Assembly: GCA_965263065.1 (NCBI GenBank) | Contig: CBDHGH010000003.1 | Span: forward strand, 1,796,537 to 1,860,536 | Direction: 5' to 3' | Origin: Dehalococcoidia bacterium | GTDB lineage: Bacteria; Chloroflexota; Dehalococcoidia; Bin125 | DNA length: 64,000 nt | Part shown: piece after piece, positions 55,001-64,000 of the stretch | Layout: each line of letters starts with the position of its first letter | Position numbering within the stretch: the first letter of the stretch is position 1 | Position numbers and translations under genes: made by a program | Notes under the pieces: model-generated | What the model was told of the DNA's origin: nothing | What the model saw: the letters and a program-made list of their open reading frames with translations, nothing else | The model's database searches: none

Positions 55001-55496
55001 CGACCTCCGCCGGGTCCAGCCCCAGCAGGAACGACAGCGCCAGCTGCTGCCCGCTGTCGAGGTTGCGGATCGACGCCGTGTCGTCCAGCGCCCGGATGAA
55101 CCCGACGATGCGCTCGTCGTCGCCGAACGCCGCTTCCAGGTCGTCGGCGACCTGCTGCGGCACGACGGCCTCGGCCTCGGAGACGTTGCGCCCGGGCGTC
55201 GTCTCGTACTGCACCAGGTGGTCGACGCGCCCCGAGATCTCGATCGCCTGGCTGCGCAGGCTGTTGCTCAGCGTGTCGCCGGTCGTGAAGGCCGACGAGA
55301 TGATCAGCGTGCTCAGCATCAGCCCGAAGACGATCAGCAGCGTCTGCGCCCGGCGGCGCGGGATGTTGCGCAGGCCCAGCCGGAAAAACAGCGGATGCCG
55401 CAGCGCCAGGTAGCCCACGATCAGCGCGATTATGCCCAGCAGGACGATGATGATCACCATCAGCGTGTCCATGCTGAGGCCGAAGATCTCGTTCAC
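52026..55496 (-). CDS. large FtsX-family ABC transporter permease (MacB/YbbP-like, duplicated FtsX domains)
   Basis: 1156 aa with two FtsX/DUF214 four-helix permease modules separated by large extracytoplasmic domains. Confidence 0.85.
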   Translation of the reverse strand: MNEIFGLSMDTLMVIIIVLLGIIALIVGYLALRHPLFFRLGLRNIPRRRAQTLLIVFGLMLSTLIISSAFTTGDTLSNSLRSQAIEISGRVDHLVQYETTPGRNVSEAEAVVPQQVADDLEAAFGDDERIVGFIRALDDTASIRNLDSGQQLALSFLLGLDPAEVDAIGGIPGIDGAPLNLGGLGPTSIILNASAAQELAAQPGHQVLVRARGVEHPFRVVGIAKDTLVSGQIDLLNPQGGVIRLGAAQEIFGQPGAMDGVGVAVVGGETGALELSDEIDAALNIFLRDQAIAERDGGVPVDQRVYADALDRHIFESTPLKKNNVAAAELFGSLFTSLFLLMGLFSIAAGVLLIFLIFVLLAEERKSEMGIARAVGMRRGHLVETYLAEGMAYNVGSALVGTVLGIGVAFLMVGVLNSAFDAALGFTFSRHVEPRSVIVAAGLGIVLTFITVAISSFRVSVLNIVAAIRDIPESSIRERRRVSFSGILTTPLGLALLWTTPLTLVGGGLLAGALPARRRERLGGWLFTPAWQLMRRRQEWWTLCTLLGLYLVLSTGDGGSAFVYLGGLTLAPLGLLLTMRRFGGAQIGGPGLPGSRVKRALLTPALPLWAALTGGAWLLRRLGRRYPTPGRFAHTIASGVVLFFWLAGGWFHDGVLGFDVEGGPELFFLSGAAMVTVGVIMVIVNLDVFVLLLRGVGVLFGRLRPVVQTAVAYPATAPFRTGMTMAMIAIIMFALVMFTTINDNFARLFTSDTAAGGYHLQADADRDSGIDDLPAALHDAGAGDLTSRLEGVSRLFVGSSNGTDIQTVESQAFDRFTQELVLDSAGQPFVEAAEDTEFRQLFVAGADDGFLTENGVILQARAFGFGSDGAVWQALRTPAPDGRHYAVITATALAAADGGFGPITDEDFKLPAAITPQAAQIPQVTVRLSNSAREAAEEVTIIGIIDQVVGIAAIVPGDVRPTLITHEDVVFALYESADEVRHFARSAPGFDALETAQAIEAALQLETLSIKNELEQQQDTFNAILGLFQGFTAMGLVAGLAALGVLAVRAVVERRQQIGVLRAIGFRASYVRLGLMLEMGFISLIGLLLGGSMALVLSWRLFDEGVFGSTAGASFYVPVARLLLFFGIAIVATIVLTYLPAHQASTKTVAESLRYE

Positions 55497-55532
55497 CGCT
55501 GATCCTCCCGCTCGCGCCGCCGCGGCCCGAGG

Positions 55533-56276
55533 CTACGTCCGCGCGAGCGCCTCCGGCTGGAAGGCGCGGTTCTGGTCCTCGCCGACGATCTGCCCGTCCA
55601 CCATGCGAATCACGCGATGGCAGCGCCCCCCCACGCCCGCGTCGTGCGTGACGATCACGAACGTCTGCAGGTTCGTCTCGTTCAACTCCTGAATCAGGTC
55701 CATGACCTCGCCGGCGTTGACGCTGTCCAGGTCGCCGGTCGGTTCGTCGCCCCAGACGATGGCGGGCTCGTTCACCAGCGCCCGCGCGATCGTCACCCGC
55801 TGCCGCTGCCCGCCCGACAGTTGCGCCGGCCGATGCCGGGCCCAGTCGGCCAGCCCCACGCGCGCCAGCGCCGCCTCGCCGCGCTCGCGCGCCGCGCCGG
55901 GCGGGACGCCGCTGACCAGCAGCGGCAGCTCGACGTTCTCGATCGCCGAGAGCACCGGCAGCAGGTTGTAGAACTGAAACACGAAGCCCATCCGCCGCGC
56001 CCGGTAGTCGGTCTTGGCGTTGTCCGACATCCTCGCGATCTCTTGCCCTTCGATGCGGATCACGCCCGCGTCGATCGAGTCCAGGCCCGACAGCGTATTC
56101 AGCAGCGTCGTCTTGCCGCAGCCCGAGGGGCCCATCACGGCCACCATCTCGCCCTTGCGGATGGTCATGCTCACGCCGCGCAGCGCCTGCACGATGTTGC
56201 CGTCGCTGCTGTAGGTCTTGTGGATGCCGGCCGCTTCGATGATCGGTGCGCCGGCCTCGGTCGTGGGGGCTGCCAT
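55533..56276 (-). CDS. ABC transporter ATP-binding protein (MacB/LolD type)
   Basis: Walker [10 protein letters not shown], signature [15 protein letters not shown] and Walker B. Confidence 0.9.
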   Translation of the reverse strand: MAAPTTEAGAPIIEAAGIHKTYSSDGNIVQALRGVSMTIRKGEMVAVMGPSGCGKTTLLNTLSGLDSIDAGVIRIEGQEIARMSDNAKTDYRARRMGFVFQFYNLLPVLSAIENVELPLLVSGVPPGAARERGEAALARVGLADWARHRPAQLSGGQRQRVTIARALVNEPAIVWGDEPTGDLDSVNAGEVMDLIQELNETNLQTFVIVTHDAGVGGRCHRVIRMVDGQIVGEDQNRAFQPEALART

Positions 56277-56380
56277 GCCCTGCTCCTGTCCGCCCGCCGC
56301 GCGACGCGGGCCGTGCCAGTTTCGCGGCCCGGCCCGCCTGACGCTATCGCGGCCTTACCAGCCGCGACGGCGCATCGGGG

Positions 56381-56920
56381 CTAGCAACCCAGCTCCTCCG
56401 GCGCGTCCCCCTCGAAGGCCTCGATGAAGCCCCGCAGGGTGTCCTCCTCGAAGTCGTCCATCAGCAGCAGCCGGCCCCACGAGGCGATCGCCACCGGCGT
56501 CCCGATCCGGGTCGACGGCGTCAGAATCAGGCGCGCCCCCTCGCGCAGCAGCTGCGACGCCGCCAGCCGCATCGCGCCCACCGTCTCCGCGTCCACGACC
56601 AGCGGCTGGTAGTACAGCACGATCGCGCCGTGCTCCATCGTGTGCACCATCGGCTCGAAGCGCTGCTCCTCCTCGTAGATGCCGCAGCGCAGCGGGAACG
56701 TCCAGTGCGGCCCGCCGTAGGGCGGCGTCGTGGCGTAGTCGACCGCGACCCCGGAGCCGTTCGGGTAGTGCGCCTGCCCCGCCGTCGTGAACTCGTCGTC
56801 GAACTGCTGCAGCCGCGGGTCGTCGCCGATCGATGCCCCGCCGCAGGCCGCCAGGACCAGCGCTCCCACGAGCAGCCCCGCGGCCATCGCCGCCAGCCTC
56901 CGCGCCCCGAATCGCGTCAT
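56381..56920 (-). CDS. DUF3105-like lipoprotein
   Basis: Lipobox LVLAACGG. TTPPYGGPHW and MEHGAIVLYY motifs. Confidence 0.6.
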   Translation of the reverse strand: MTRFGARRLAAMAAGLLVGALVLAACGGASIGDDPRLQQFDDEFTTAGQAHYPNGSGVAVDYATTPPYGGPHWTFPLRCGIYEEEQRFEPMVHTMEHGAIVLYYQPLVVDAETVGAMRLAASQLLREGARLILTPSTRIGTPVAIASWGRLLLMDDFEEDTLRGFIEAFEGDAPEELGC

Positions 56921-57074
56921 CGCCGCTCCTCTCGTGGCCGTCTACGAATCAGCGACGGCCTTGGGCGCCCACAAGGGGCGCCCCGACAGCATCCTCGGCG
57001 TCGTCGGGGCGCCCCTTGTGGGCGCCCTCTCTTCTTGGACGCCCCGACGGCGTCCCCAGTCCTCCCGCCGTCCC

Positions 57075-57878
57075 CTACGACTCGTCGACCGCCGGCGGCG
57101 CCGGCTCGAGCACGAAGCGCTGGTAGAGCCCATCTGGATCCGGGTCGACGAACACGGTCAGGAGCTCCAGCGCGTCCTCGTCCAGCGTCTCGATCGACAG
57201 CGCGTGCCGCCAGGCCGTCGCCACGATCGGGCTCGGCAGCGAGGCGTCCAGCGCGACCAGCGTCAGCAGATCCCAGCCGCTGTTGCTGCGCACCTGCACG
57301 AAGCCCCGCAGCGTCTCGGCGTCCGCCGCCGGCAGCCGTGCCGGGTCGTAGTACACCACGACGCCGCCCTGCTCGAGGATCGGCAGCAGCTGCTCGAACG
57401 ATGGGGCGGCCCCCGGCCCGTAGACGCCCGGCGCGACCCCCGCCGCCGCCTGCGGCCCCGACGTCGGCGGGAAGCTGTTGTAGGCCGCGAACGACTCCCC
57501 GTCGGCCAGATGCCGGCGCCCCTGGTCGGGGTACTCCACCACCCCCGAGATCTGGTCGGACGGCTCCACGAACTGCCCCACGATCGTCGTCCCGCCGACC
57601 GCCACCAGCAGCGCCGCCATCATGAAGAACATGAAGCGCGGCATGCCCAGGATCGTGTTGGGCCGCGCCCCCTCCTGCTTCACCCGCGCGCCCCGGCGGC
57701 GATCGGTGCGTCCCCCGCTCCCGGCCGCGCGTGCCGGCGCCGCGGCGTCCGCGTCCTCCGCGGCGGCATCGCCCTCGCCGGGATCGACAGTCGTCGGCCC
57801 GTCCGGCCCGCCCTCTTCGATTACCACCGGCCGGTTGCGCCGTCGCCGTCGCCGCGACGTGGGTCGTCGTTCACTCAT
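57075..57878 (-). CDS. DUF3105-like membrane-anchored protein (paralog of 56381..56920)
   Basis: Basic N-terminus and a TM helix. NSFPPTSGPQ and LEQGGVVVYY motifs. Confidence 0.6.
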   Translation of the reverse strand: MSERRPTSRRRRRRNRPVVIEEGGPDGPTTVDPGEGDAAAEDADAAAPARAAGSGGRTDRRRGARVKQEGARPNTILGMPRFMFFMMAALLVAVGGTTIVGQFVEPSDQISGVVEYPDQGRRHLADGESFAAYNSFPPTSGPQAAAGVAPGVYGPGAAPSFEQLLPILEQGGVVVYYDPARLPAADAETLRGFVQVRSNSGWDLLTLVALDASLPSPIVATAWRHALSIETLDEDALELLTVFVDPDPDGLYQRFVLEPAPPAVDES

Positions 57879-57916
57879 GCGCCGATCCTACGGACTCCGC
57901 CGCTTGCGCACGACCG

Positions 57917-58726
57917 CTACAGGACGACGATGTCCTCGCCGCCGTCGACGTTGATCGTGTTGCCCGTCAGCCAGTGCGACTCGTCGATGCTCAGCCGCAC
58001 CAGCGCGGCGGCCACGTCCTCGGGGCTCGTCACCCGGCCGCTGGGATTGTGCTCCTGGGCGAAGTGCAACAGCGCCCCCGCCGACGGGATCTTGTCGAGC
58101 GCCGGCGTGGGTGTGACGCCCGCCTTGATCGCGTTCACCGCGACCCCGTGCGGCGCGAGTTCGGCCGCCAGCTGCCGGATGTGCGACCCCAGTACGGCCT
58201 TCGCCCCGCTCACCGCCCCGTAGTAGGGGATGACCCGCGCGTCGCCCGCCGACGTCATGCCGTAGATCTTCGCGCCCCGCGGCAGCATCCCGCGCACGGC
58301 CAGGTCCTGCGTCCAATACACCAGCGAGTTCGCCATCACGTCGAGCGTCATCTCCATCTGCCGCTGGCTGATCGCCTTCTTCGGCGCCTCCAGGTCGATG
58401 AAGTGCCCCAGCGTGCCGAAGGCCAGCGAGTGCATCAGGACGCGCACGCCGCCCGCCCCGGCGCGAGCCTGCAGGTCGTCCAGCGTCTCGCGGCGGCGGT
58501 CCGCGTCGGCGGCGTTGACGTTGTAGTACGCCGCCTCGCGGCCGCAGCCCTCGATGTCGGCCTTGATGGCGTCGATCGACGCCTGCGCCGAGCGGCGGTC
58601 GAGGTGCACGCCGGCGATGTTCATGCCCGCCGCCGCCAGCCCGCGCGCCGCTGCCGCCCCGAATCCGCTCGACGCCCCCAGGATCAGCGCCCAGCGCCCT
58701 TCCAGTGCAGGTTCCGTGACTGACAT
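57917..58726 (-). CDS. SDR-family oxidoreductase
   Basis: GASSGFG Rossmann motif and the catalytic Y-x3-K region (YGAVSGAK). It is the C-terminal frame of composite ORF 57917..60136. Confidence 0.8.
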   Translation of the reverse strand: MSVTEPALEGRWALILGASSGFGAAAARGLAAAGMNIAGVHLDRRSAQASIDAIKADIEGCGREAAYYNVNAADADRRRETLDDLQARAGAGGVRVLMHSLAFGTLGHFIDLEAPKKAISQRQMEMTLDVMANSLVYWTQDLAVRGMLPRGAKIYGMTSAGDARVIPYYGAVSGAKAVLGSHIRQLAAELAPHGVAVNAIKAGVTPTPALDKIPSAGALLHFAQEHNPSGRVTSPEDVAAALVRLSIDESHWLTGNTINVDGGEDIVVL

Positions 58727-58836
58727 CGTCTCTCTCCTCGGCTTCCCGCCCCCCGATCGCGGGCAGCCGCGCGAGCGTACCGCAGCTTGGCCCTGTTCCG
58801 CCCACCCCCAGCAGACGGGCCAGCGGGTGGGCCCAC

Positions 58837-60168
58837 TTAGGCGACGAAGCGCCGCACGACCTCGAACAGGATCTGCACGCCCGTGCGCAGGCCGTCCACC
58901 GGGACGCGCTCGTTGTGACCGTGAATCCCCGCCGCCAGCGACGCATCCATCAGCGTGGGCACGAAGCCGTACGCCTTCACGCCGTGCCGCCGCAGGACGC
59001 GCGAATCGGTGAAGCCCAGCGTCGGCAGCGGCGCGACGATCGCGCCCTCCACCTGCTCGCCGACGACCTCGCGGATCACGTCCACCAGCGCGGTGTCGAA
59101 GTCGCTCGCGCCCGACTCCGAGCGCAGTTCGGTGCTGATCTCGATGCCGTCGTCGTCGATCCGCTCGCGCATCGCCGCCAGGAAGGCGTCGTGCGACTGC
59201 CCCGGCATCAGCCGGCAATCCAGCGTCGCCCGCGCGTCGGCCGGGATCACGTTGTGCTTGAAGCCGCCGCCCAGCCCCGTCGACGAGATCGTGTCGTGCA
59301 GCATCGCGTCGAACGACGTGTACCGCGTGCGCAACTCGTCGAGGCCCGGCGGTTGCTCGCCCCAGGCGTGCGCGCCGCGCAGGTCGTCCATCGCCCGCTG
59401 CACCATCGGGTCGATCACGGTCGCGCGGTCCCACTGCTGGATCGCCGCCAGCGCGCGCACCAGCCGGTCGACCGCGTTGTCGGCGTGCGGCACCGAGCCA
59501 TGCCCCGGCCGGCCGCGCGCGTGCAGCGTGACCCACAGCGGCCCCTTCTCCGACGCCGCGCAGGAGAACACGGGTCGCTGCGCGCCCAGCATGTTGAGGC
59601 CCGCCATGCCGCCCTCGTTGAGCGCGTACTCGGGCTCCCGCAGCCACTCCGGCCGGTGCCGGTTGAGCCACTCCATACCCTGCGAGCTGCCCGTCTCCTC
59701 GTCCGCCACGCAGAGGAAGACCAGGTCGCGCCGCGGCACGATGCCCAGCCGCTTGAAGAGCAGCATGACGGCCAACTCCAAGACCCCCATGCCCTTCATG
59801 TCCAGCGCCCCGCGACCCCAGATGCAGCCGTCCTGCTCGACCCCGGCGAACGGGTCGACATCCCAGAACTCGCGCTGCGCCGGCACGACGTCGCTGTGGC
59901 TGAGCAGCATCAGCGGCGCCGCGTCGCCGCTGCCCTGTAGCACGGTGCGCAGCGACACCCGCCCCGGCGCCGCCTCGATGTACTCCACCGCGAAGCCCTC
60001 GCGCTCCAGGATCGCCCCCAGGAAGCGCGCCGCCGCCTCCTCGCCGCCCGGCGGGTTGCTCGTGTCGATGCGCAAGTATTCGCGCAGCGTCGCGACGACC
60101 TCCGCCTGCACGTTTTCCCAATCGGGCATGGGCCAATCGGGCGTGCCGACCATCGAACGGTCAGGCAT
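58837..60168 (-). CDS. M20-family metallopeptidase (ArgE/DapE/CPG2-like)
   Basis: SHSDVVP, GRGALDMKG and ADEETG motifs, plus a dimerisation domain. Confidence 0.85.
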   Translation of the reverse strand: MPDRSMVGTPDWPMPDWENVQAEVVATLREYLRIDTSNPPGGEEAAARFLGAILEREGFAVEYIEAAPGRVSLRTVLQGSGDAAPLMLLSHSDVVPAQREFWDVDPFAGVEQDGCIWGRGALDMKGMGVLELAVMLLFKRLGIVPRRDLVFLCVADEETGSSQGMEWLNRHRPEWLREPEYALNEGGMAGLNMLGAQRPVFSCAASEKGPLWVTLHARGRPGHGSVPHADNAVDRLVRALAAIQQWDRATVIDPMVQRAMDDLRGAHAWGEQPPGLDELRTRYTSFDAMLHDTISSTGLGGGFKHNVIPADARATLDCRLMPGQSHDAFLAAMRERIDDDGIEISTELRSESGASDFDTALVDVIREVVGEQVEGAIVAPLPTLGFTDSRVLRRHGVKAYGFVPTLMDASLAAGIHGHNERVPVDGLRTGVQILFEVVRRFVA

Positions 60169-61375
60169 CGCGCGCCGCCTCGACCGCGGCCGCCGCGGCT
60201 GCCTCCTCGGCCTGCTTGCGATCCCGCGCCGCCCGCATCTCCTCCTTCGTGATCTGCCCCGTCGCGACGGCGAAGTACGGCGACTGCCGATCCAGGCCCC
60301 GATCGATGCCCGCCGCCGCCAGCCGTCGCAGATAGGCGCGCGCCTGCGCCCGCCGCAGATCGGCCAGCCGTTCGGCGCCCGTCGCCATCGCCTCCACGTC
60401 CCCGCCCAGCACGATCGCCAGCGCCTCGTTGTTCACGCGGTCCTTCAGGTCGTGCGTCAGCGCGACCTCCGCGCCCTGCAGGTAGGCGTGCATCTCGTCG
60501 ATCCGCGACGGGTCCGCCGTCAGGGCGTCGCGCACCCGCGCCTGCCCGAAGGCCAGCGCCCGCGCCCGGTCCTGCCGCGCCAGGGTGTAGAGCCGCGCCT
60601 CGGCGGGGCTCGGCGCGTCGGCCGCCAGCCGCCCCAGCAGCACCTCCATGAAGCTGTCCGCCATCAACTGATTGATCAGGATCATCTCCGTGAAGTTGCG
60701 CGCGTCGATGATCTCCCGGTTCAGCCCGGCCGTGCCCTGCATCCCCACGCCGCCCCCGTGCAGCATCGCCCGCTTGCGGAACGCCTCCGTGTGCCGTCCC
60801 AGCGCGAAGACGACCGTCGCCAGGAACAGCTTCACCTCGTAGTAGCCGTACGACAGCCGCTTCAGCCACGCGCCGTAGGTCACCGACTGCACCCACGACT
60901 GCTCCGCCATGATCGTCAGCACTTGCGCCCGCGCGCGGTCGAGCTCCGCCGGCCCCGCCGGGATCGACGCCCAGTCGATGTCCGTCGCCGCCTTCCAGCG
61001 CCGCTGGATCGCCTCCTCGTAGAGGGCGGCCGCGTTGTCCGTCCACATCTCGCTCTTCTGCGACACCTCGTAGCCCATGCGCGGCGCGTCCGGCCGCGAC
61101 GCCGCCCCCCGCGGGCGCATCGTGTCGTCGGGCCAGACCGCCGGCAGCTCCCCGTACGACCCCAGCAGCAGGTCGCCCACCCGGTAGCCGGCCGGGCCGG
61201 GCTGCGCCCGCATGCCCCACTCGGTGCCGACCCCCATCCAGTCCAGCGTCATCGGGGGGCGCGGCTTCTCGTCCGGCGTCTGCGTCGCCGGTGTTGCAGC
61301 AGGCTGGTCAGTCCGATCGGCCATTGCGCTCTCCCTCGAATCCGTTCGCCGCGCCGTGTCCGCGCAGCCTAGCAA
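60161..61375 (-). CDS. hypothetical protein, possibly ferritin-like/diiron-fold
   Basis: An all-helical protein with scattered E/H residues (MAEQSW, LGRHTEAF, FTEMILINQLMADSFMEVLL). The family assignment is not secure. Start likely at the internal ATG near 61327. Confidence 0.4.
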   Translation of the reverse strand: MLGCADTARRTDSRESAMADRTDQPAATPATQTPDEKPRPPMTLDWMGVGTEWGMRAQPGPAGYRVGDLLLGSYGELPAVWPDDTMRPRGAASRPDAPRMGYEVSQKSEMWTDNAAALYEEAIQRRWKAATDIDWASIPAGPAELDRARAQVLTIMAEQSWVQSVTYGAWLKRLSYGYYEVKLFLATVVFALGRHTEAFRKRAMLHGGGVGMQGTAGLNREIIDARNFTEMILINQLMADSFMEVLLGRLAADAPSPAEARLYTLARQDRARALAFGQARVRDALTADPSRIDEMHAYLQGAEVALTHDLKDRVNNEALAIVLGGDVEAMATGAERLADLRRAQARAYLRRLAAAGIDRGLDRQSPYFAVATGQITKEEMRAARDRKQAEEAAAAAAVEAARDA

Positions 61376-61387
61376 GCCCGGCCCGCG

Positions 61388-62212
61388 TCAGGCGCCGCCC
61401 GGCCGGTCGTCCTCCGCGCGCAGCCGCTCGACCTGATCCCGCAGGCGCGACATCACCTCGCCGGCCGGCGCGTGGATCGCCACCGCGCAGTGCGCTGAGA
61501 TCACCGTCGGGTCCAGGTTCACCTCGATCAGTGGGAACCCGCGCGAGCGAATCTGCCACGCGAAGTCCGCCGCCGGCGAGACCACCGCCGTCGTCCCGAC
61601 CAGCAGCATGCAGTCGGCCCGCTGCGACTGCTCCTGGCAGGAGCGCAGCGCGTCGAGCGGGATCGCCTCGCCGAACATCACCGTGTCGGTCTTCACCAGC
61701 CCGCCGCAGGCGTCGCAGCGCGGCGGCAGCGTCTCCGGCAGCTCGTCGAACGGATGCCGGCGGTTGCAGTCGAGGCAGCGCAGGAAGCCGCGGTTGCCGT
61801 GGATCTCCGTGATCGCCTGCGTCCCCGCCGCCCGATGCAGCCCATCGACGTTCTGCGTGATCACGTGCCGCAGCAGCCCCATCCGCTCCAGCTCCGCGAC
61901 GGCGAAGTGGGCGTCGTTGGGCGCCGCCCCCGCGATCGCGCGGCTCAGCTCGTCGGGGTTCTCGCGGCGCCGGCCCAGCGCCCGCCACCAGCCCGCCGGG
62001 TCCGACGCGAACTGGTCGAACTGGTTCATGGGCGGTTCGCCGTGCTTCGTCCACAGCCCATCCTTGCCGCGGAACGTCGGGATGCCGCTCTCGGCGCTGA
62101 TCCCGGCCCCCGTCAGCGCGATCGCGTAGCGCGCCTCGACCAGGATCGCGGCCGCCTCGCGGATCAGCACCGCGGCGGTGGGCGGAAGATCGGGGGCGGC
62201 GGCGTCGCGCAT
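61388..62212 (-). CDS. cobB: NAD-dependent protein deacylase (Sir2 family)
   Basis: GAGISAESGIPTFRG, QNVDGLH and Zn-ribbon CLDC...CDAC motifs. Start at MRDAAAPDL. The upstream part of the listed ORF is Pro/Arg-rich. Confidence 0.8.
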   Translation of the reverse strand: MRDAAAPDLPPTAAVLIREAAAILVEARYAIALTGAGISAESGIPTFRGKDGLWTKHGEPPMNQFDQFASDPAGWWRALGRRRENPDELSRAIAGAAPNDAHFAVAELERMGLLRHVITQNVDGLHRAAGTQAITEIHGNRGFLRCLDCNRRHPFDELPETLPPRCDACGGLVKTDTVMFGEAIPLDALRSCQEQSQRADCMLLVGTTAVVSPAADFAWQIRSRGFPLIEVNLDPTVISAHCAVAIHAPAGEVMSRLRDQVERLRAEDDRPGGA

Positions 62213-62415
62213 CGTCACGCCCCGACGGTACGCCGTCCGCCCGCCGCTCGCCAGATCGGCAGCGGCGTCAGGGCGCGAACGGGCGGGAACGAACGTGGGA
62301 GGCGGGAGCGGCGCGTGGTATAGTGCGAGCAGGAGCCGGGGACGTGACTCCCCGCGGTCTCTAGAGGCCATTGGCTAGGCGACCGCAACCCCCGTAAGGG
62401 TCGGCCCCAAACTCG

Positions 62416-62455
62416 CACCCCCGACGCCAGCATGCGGTCGGGGGTGCTTTGTGTC
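62416..62455 (+). terminator. intrinsic terminator-like hairpin (10-bp GC stem plus T-rich tail)
   Basis: CACCCCCGAC-gccagcatgcg-GTCGGGGGTG followed by CTTTGTGTC. It lies between the ABC-2 permease 3' end and the Sir2 start and could act on either strand. Confidence 0.45.
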
Positions 62456-62462
62456 AGGGCGC

Positions 62463-63275
62463 CTAGCCGTCCGACCGATCCCAGCGGAACGTGCGCGCCG
62501 CGAACAGCAGCCCCGCCACGATCCAGAGGCCCAGCACGATCGCGACCCACTCGAGCTCCCACGACTGATTGATCTCCTGGTAGCGGAACTCGTCGGGCAG
62601 GAAGACCGAGCGCAGCCCCTGCGCCATCCAGCGGATGGGGAACGGCGTGGCGATCCACTGCATCCAGCCGGGCAGCGTGTGGAACGGGAAGAACACGCCC
62701 GAGATGAACTGCAGGAAGATGTAGGGCGCATTCGTGATCACGGGGGCGGCACGGGCCGACGGGATGATCGCCGTGATGGCGATGCCCATCGTGCAGCCCG
62801 CCGCCACCCCCAGCGGCACGATCCAGGCCATCTTCAGCCAGCCGCCCGCGTCGGGGAACGCCACGCCGAAGGCCAGGATGCCGACGATCAGCATGACGAT
62901 GATCTGCGCGGCCGTGATGATCGTCGACGCCCCGATCTGGCCGATGAAGAAGGCCGGCTTGGGCAGCGGCCCCGCCGCCAGCTGCCGCAGCGAGCCGTCG
63001 TGCTGCTGCGACGCGATGCCGATCGACAGGTTCAGGAACGCCGTCCCGAAGACCGACGCGGCGATGATTCCCGCCACGAAGTACTGCCGCAGCTCGACAT
63101 CCGTGCCGTCCATTTCGCGGTCGAAGGCCGACCCGAAGACGACCAGCAGCAGCAGCGGGAAGAGGATCAGGAAGAACAGCGCCTGCGGCTCGCGCACGGT
63201 CGACTTGAGGGCGAGCACGGTCATCAGCCCGCCGATGCGCAGCGTGTGGCGCGGCCCGCCGAACCCGGCCGTCAC
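62463..63275 (-). CDS. ABC-2 type transporter permease
   Basis: Six predicted TM helices typical of ABC-2 exporters. GTG start overlaps the upstream ATPase stop (GTGA). Confidence 0.75.
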   Translation of the reverse strand: MTAGFGGPRHTLRIGGLMTVLALKSTVREPQALFFLILFPLLLLVVFGSAFDREMDGTDVELRQYFVAGIIAASVFGTAFLNLSIGIASQQHDGSLRQLAAGPLPKPAFFIGQIGASTIITAAQIIVMLIVGILAFGVAFPDAGGWLKMAWIVPLGVAAGCTMGIAITAIIPSARAAPVITNAPYIFLQFISGVFFPFHTLPGWMQWIATPFPIRWMAQGLRSVFLPDEFRYQEINQSWELEWVAIVLGLWIVAGLLFAARTFRWDRSDG

Positions 63276-64000
63276 GACGGCGCCTCGCCGGCCGCTCCGG
63301 CCTCGCCCACCAGATCGAGGTACAAGTCCTCCAGCGTGGGCCGCGCGACGGTCAGCTCGGGCAGGTCGTCGAGCCCGGCCGCCGCCGCCCAGTCGAGCAG
63401 CGCCCGCAGGTCGCGGTAGGGCGACGGCGTCGCCAGCGTCACGAGGCCCGAGGCCTGATCCCGCGCCGCCGCCGCCCACGCCCCCGGCAGCGCCGCGACC
63501 GGCGGCATCCGCGTGGCGTCGTGCCGCCACTGTATCCGCGTGCGCCCGCCGAACCGCCGGCGCAGATCCGCCATCGTCCCCTCGGCGATGATCTTGCCCC
63601 GTGCGATGATCCCGATGCGGTCGGCCAGCGCCTCCGCCTCGTCGAGGTAGTGCGTGGTGAGCAGCACCGTCCGCCCCAGCGACGCCAGCCCCCGCACCAC
63701 GTCCCACGCCTGCCGTCGCGCCGCCGGGTCGAAGCCCGTCGTCGGCTCGTCCAGGAAGATCAGCTCCGGCCGACCGATCACCGCCACCGCCAGATCCAGC
63801 CGTCGCCGCTGCCCCCCGCTCAGCTTCCCGGCCCGCCGATCCGCCGCCTCCGACAGCCCCACCAGCTCCAGCGCCTCCGCCGGCGACATCGGCGCCGGAT
63901 AGAGCGCCGCCTGGAAGGCCAGGATCTCGCGCGGCGAGAGCAGCTCCTGCGTCGCCGAGTTCTGGAACGCGATCCCGATCCGCGTGCGGTACGCGAGGCT
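63272..64000 (-). CDS. ABC transporter ATP-binding protein (partial; N-terminus beyond window end)
   Basis: Signature LSGGQRRRLDLAVAV, Walker B LIFLDEPTTGFD and H-loop. The reading frame stays open to position 64000. Confidence 0.75.
   Translation of the reverse strand, partial: SLAYRTRIGIAFQNSATQELLSPREILAFQAALYPAPMSPAEALELVGLSEAADRRAGKLSGGQRRRLDLAVAVIGRPELIFLDEPTTGFDPAARRQAWDVVRGLASLGRTVLLTTHYLDEAEALADRIGIIARGKIIAEGTMADLRRRFGGRTRIQWRHDATRMPPVAALPGAWAAAARDQASGLVTLATPSPYRDLRALLDWAAAAGLDDLPELTVARPTLEDLYLDLVGEAGAAGEAPS

Noticed and set aside
57917-60136. 739-aa composite minus-strand ORF
   Set aside because: It fuses the SDR frame with the antisense or alternate frame of the M20 peptidase. 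It was split into SDR (57917..58726) and M20 (58837..60168) on motif grounds.
62341-62460. Intergenic region scanned for tRNA/ncRNA
   Set aside because: No cloverleaf-compatible segments, such as a GTTC-type T-arm or an anticodon-stem pattern, were recognised. Only a terminator-like hairpin was found. No tRNA or rRNA could be supported anywhere in the window by eye, so a covariance-model scan is still advisable.
62375-62731. 118-aa minus-strand ORF
   Set aside because: It overlaps the ABC-2 permease 3' end in another frame and has a Ser/Arg/Ala-rich low-complexity product.

Overview
This is a 64 kb stretch of a very GC-rich (roughly 70%+ by eye) bacterial chromosome. The codon usage and protein families point to a Chloroflexota- or Actinomycetota-like organism, though no organism can be named from sequence alone. 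Coding is dense and mostly housekeeping. Recognisable genes include mfd and pth, two cysteine desulfurases (one frameshifted), an ADP-forming acetyl-CoA synthetase alpha/beta pair with a second alpha paralog, AMP-forming acs, pyrE, hisG, an Er/VIT iron transporter, an orphan nuoB-nuoI-nuoG-like trio, iscA, a family-4 UDG, dut, nfo, Sir2, an ECF sigma/ZAS anti-sigma pair, a ClC channel, a LysM/FG-GAP lipoprotein, a Dpp-like ABC operon with an embedded fatty-acid desaturase, a MacB/FtsX exporter and an ABC-2 exporter. I could support no rRNA, tRNA or CRISPR array. Accessory content includes a 1288-aa secreted protein with plant-type leucine-rich repeats, an orphan HicB antitoxin, an MNT nucleotidyltransferase with a truncated HepT, and three dispersed DUF1640-like small membrane-anchored paralogs. 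There is a lower-GC islet of tandemly duplicated small genes encoding a repeated MTTDSQPSE...FTPAEREEWDRN...PPATD peptide module. The most unusual structural signal recurs three times: a gene is flanked by imperfect direct repeats that duplicate the 3' end, or 3' flank, of a neighbouring gene. The instances are a low-GC 163-aa ORF at the nuoG-like 3' end with 217-bp repeats, an IroE-like esterase with about 102-bp repeats of the BtuF-like substrate-binding gene's 3' end, and the MNT/HepT' module with 52-bp repeats. Many long ORFs in the supplied track are Arg/Pro-rich antisense artefacts of the high GC content and are rejected. Start codons and single-base coordinates are approximate, because I translated by eye.
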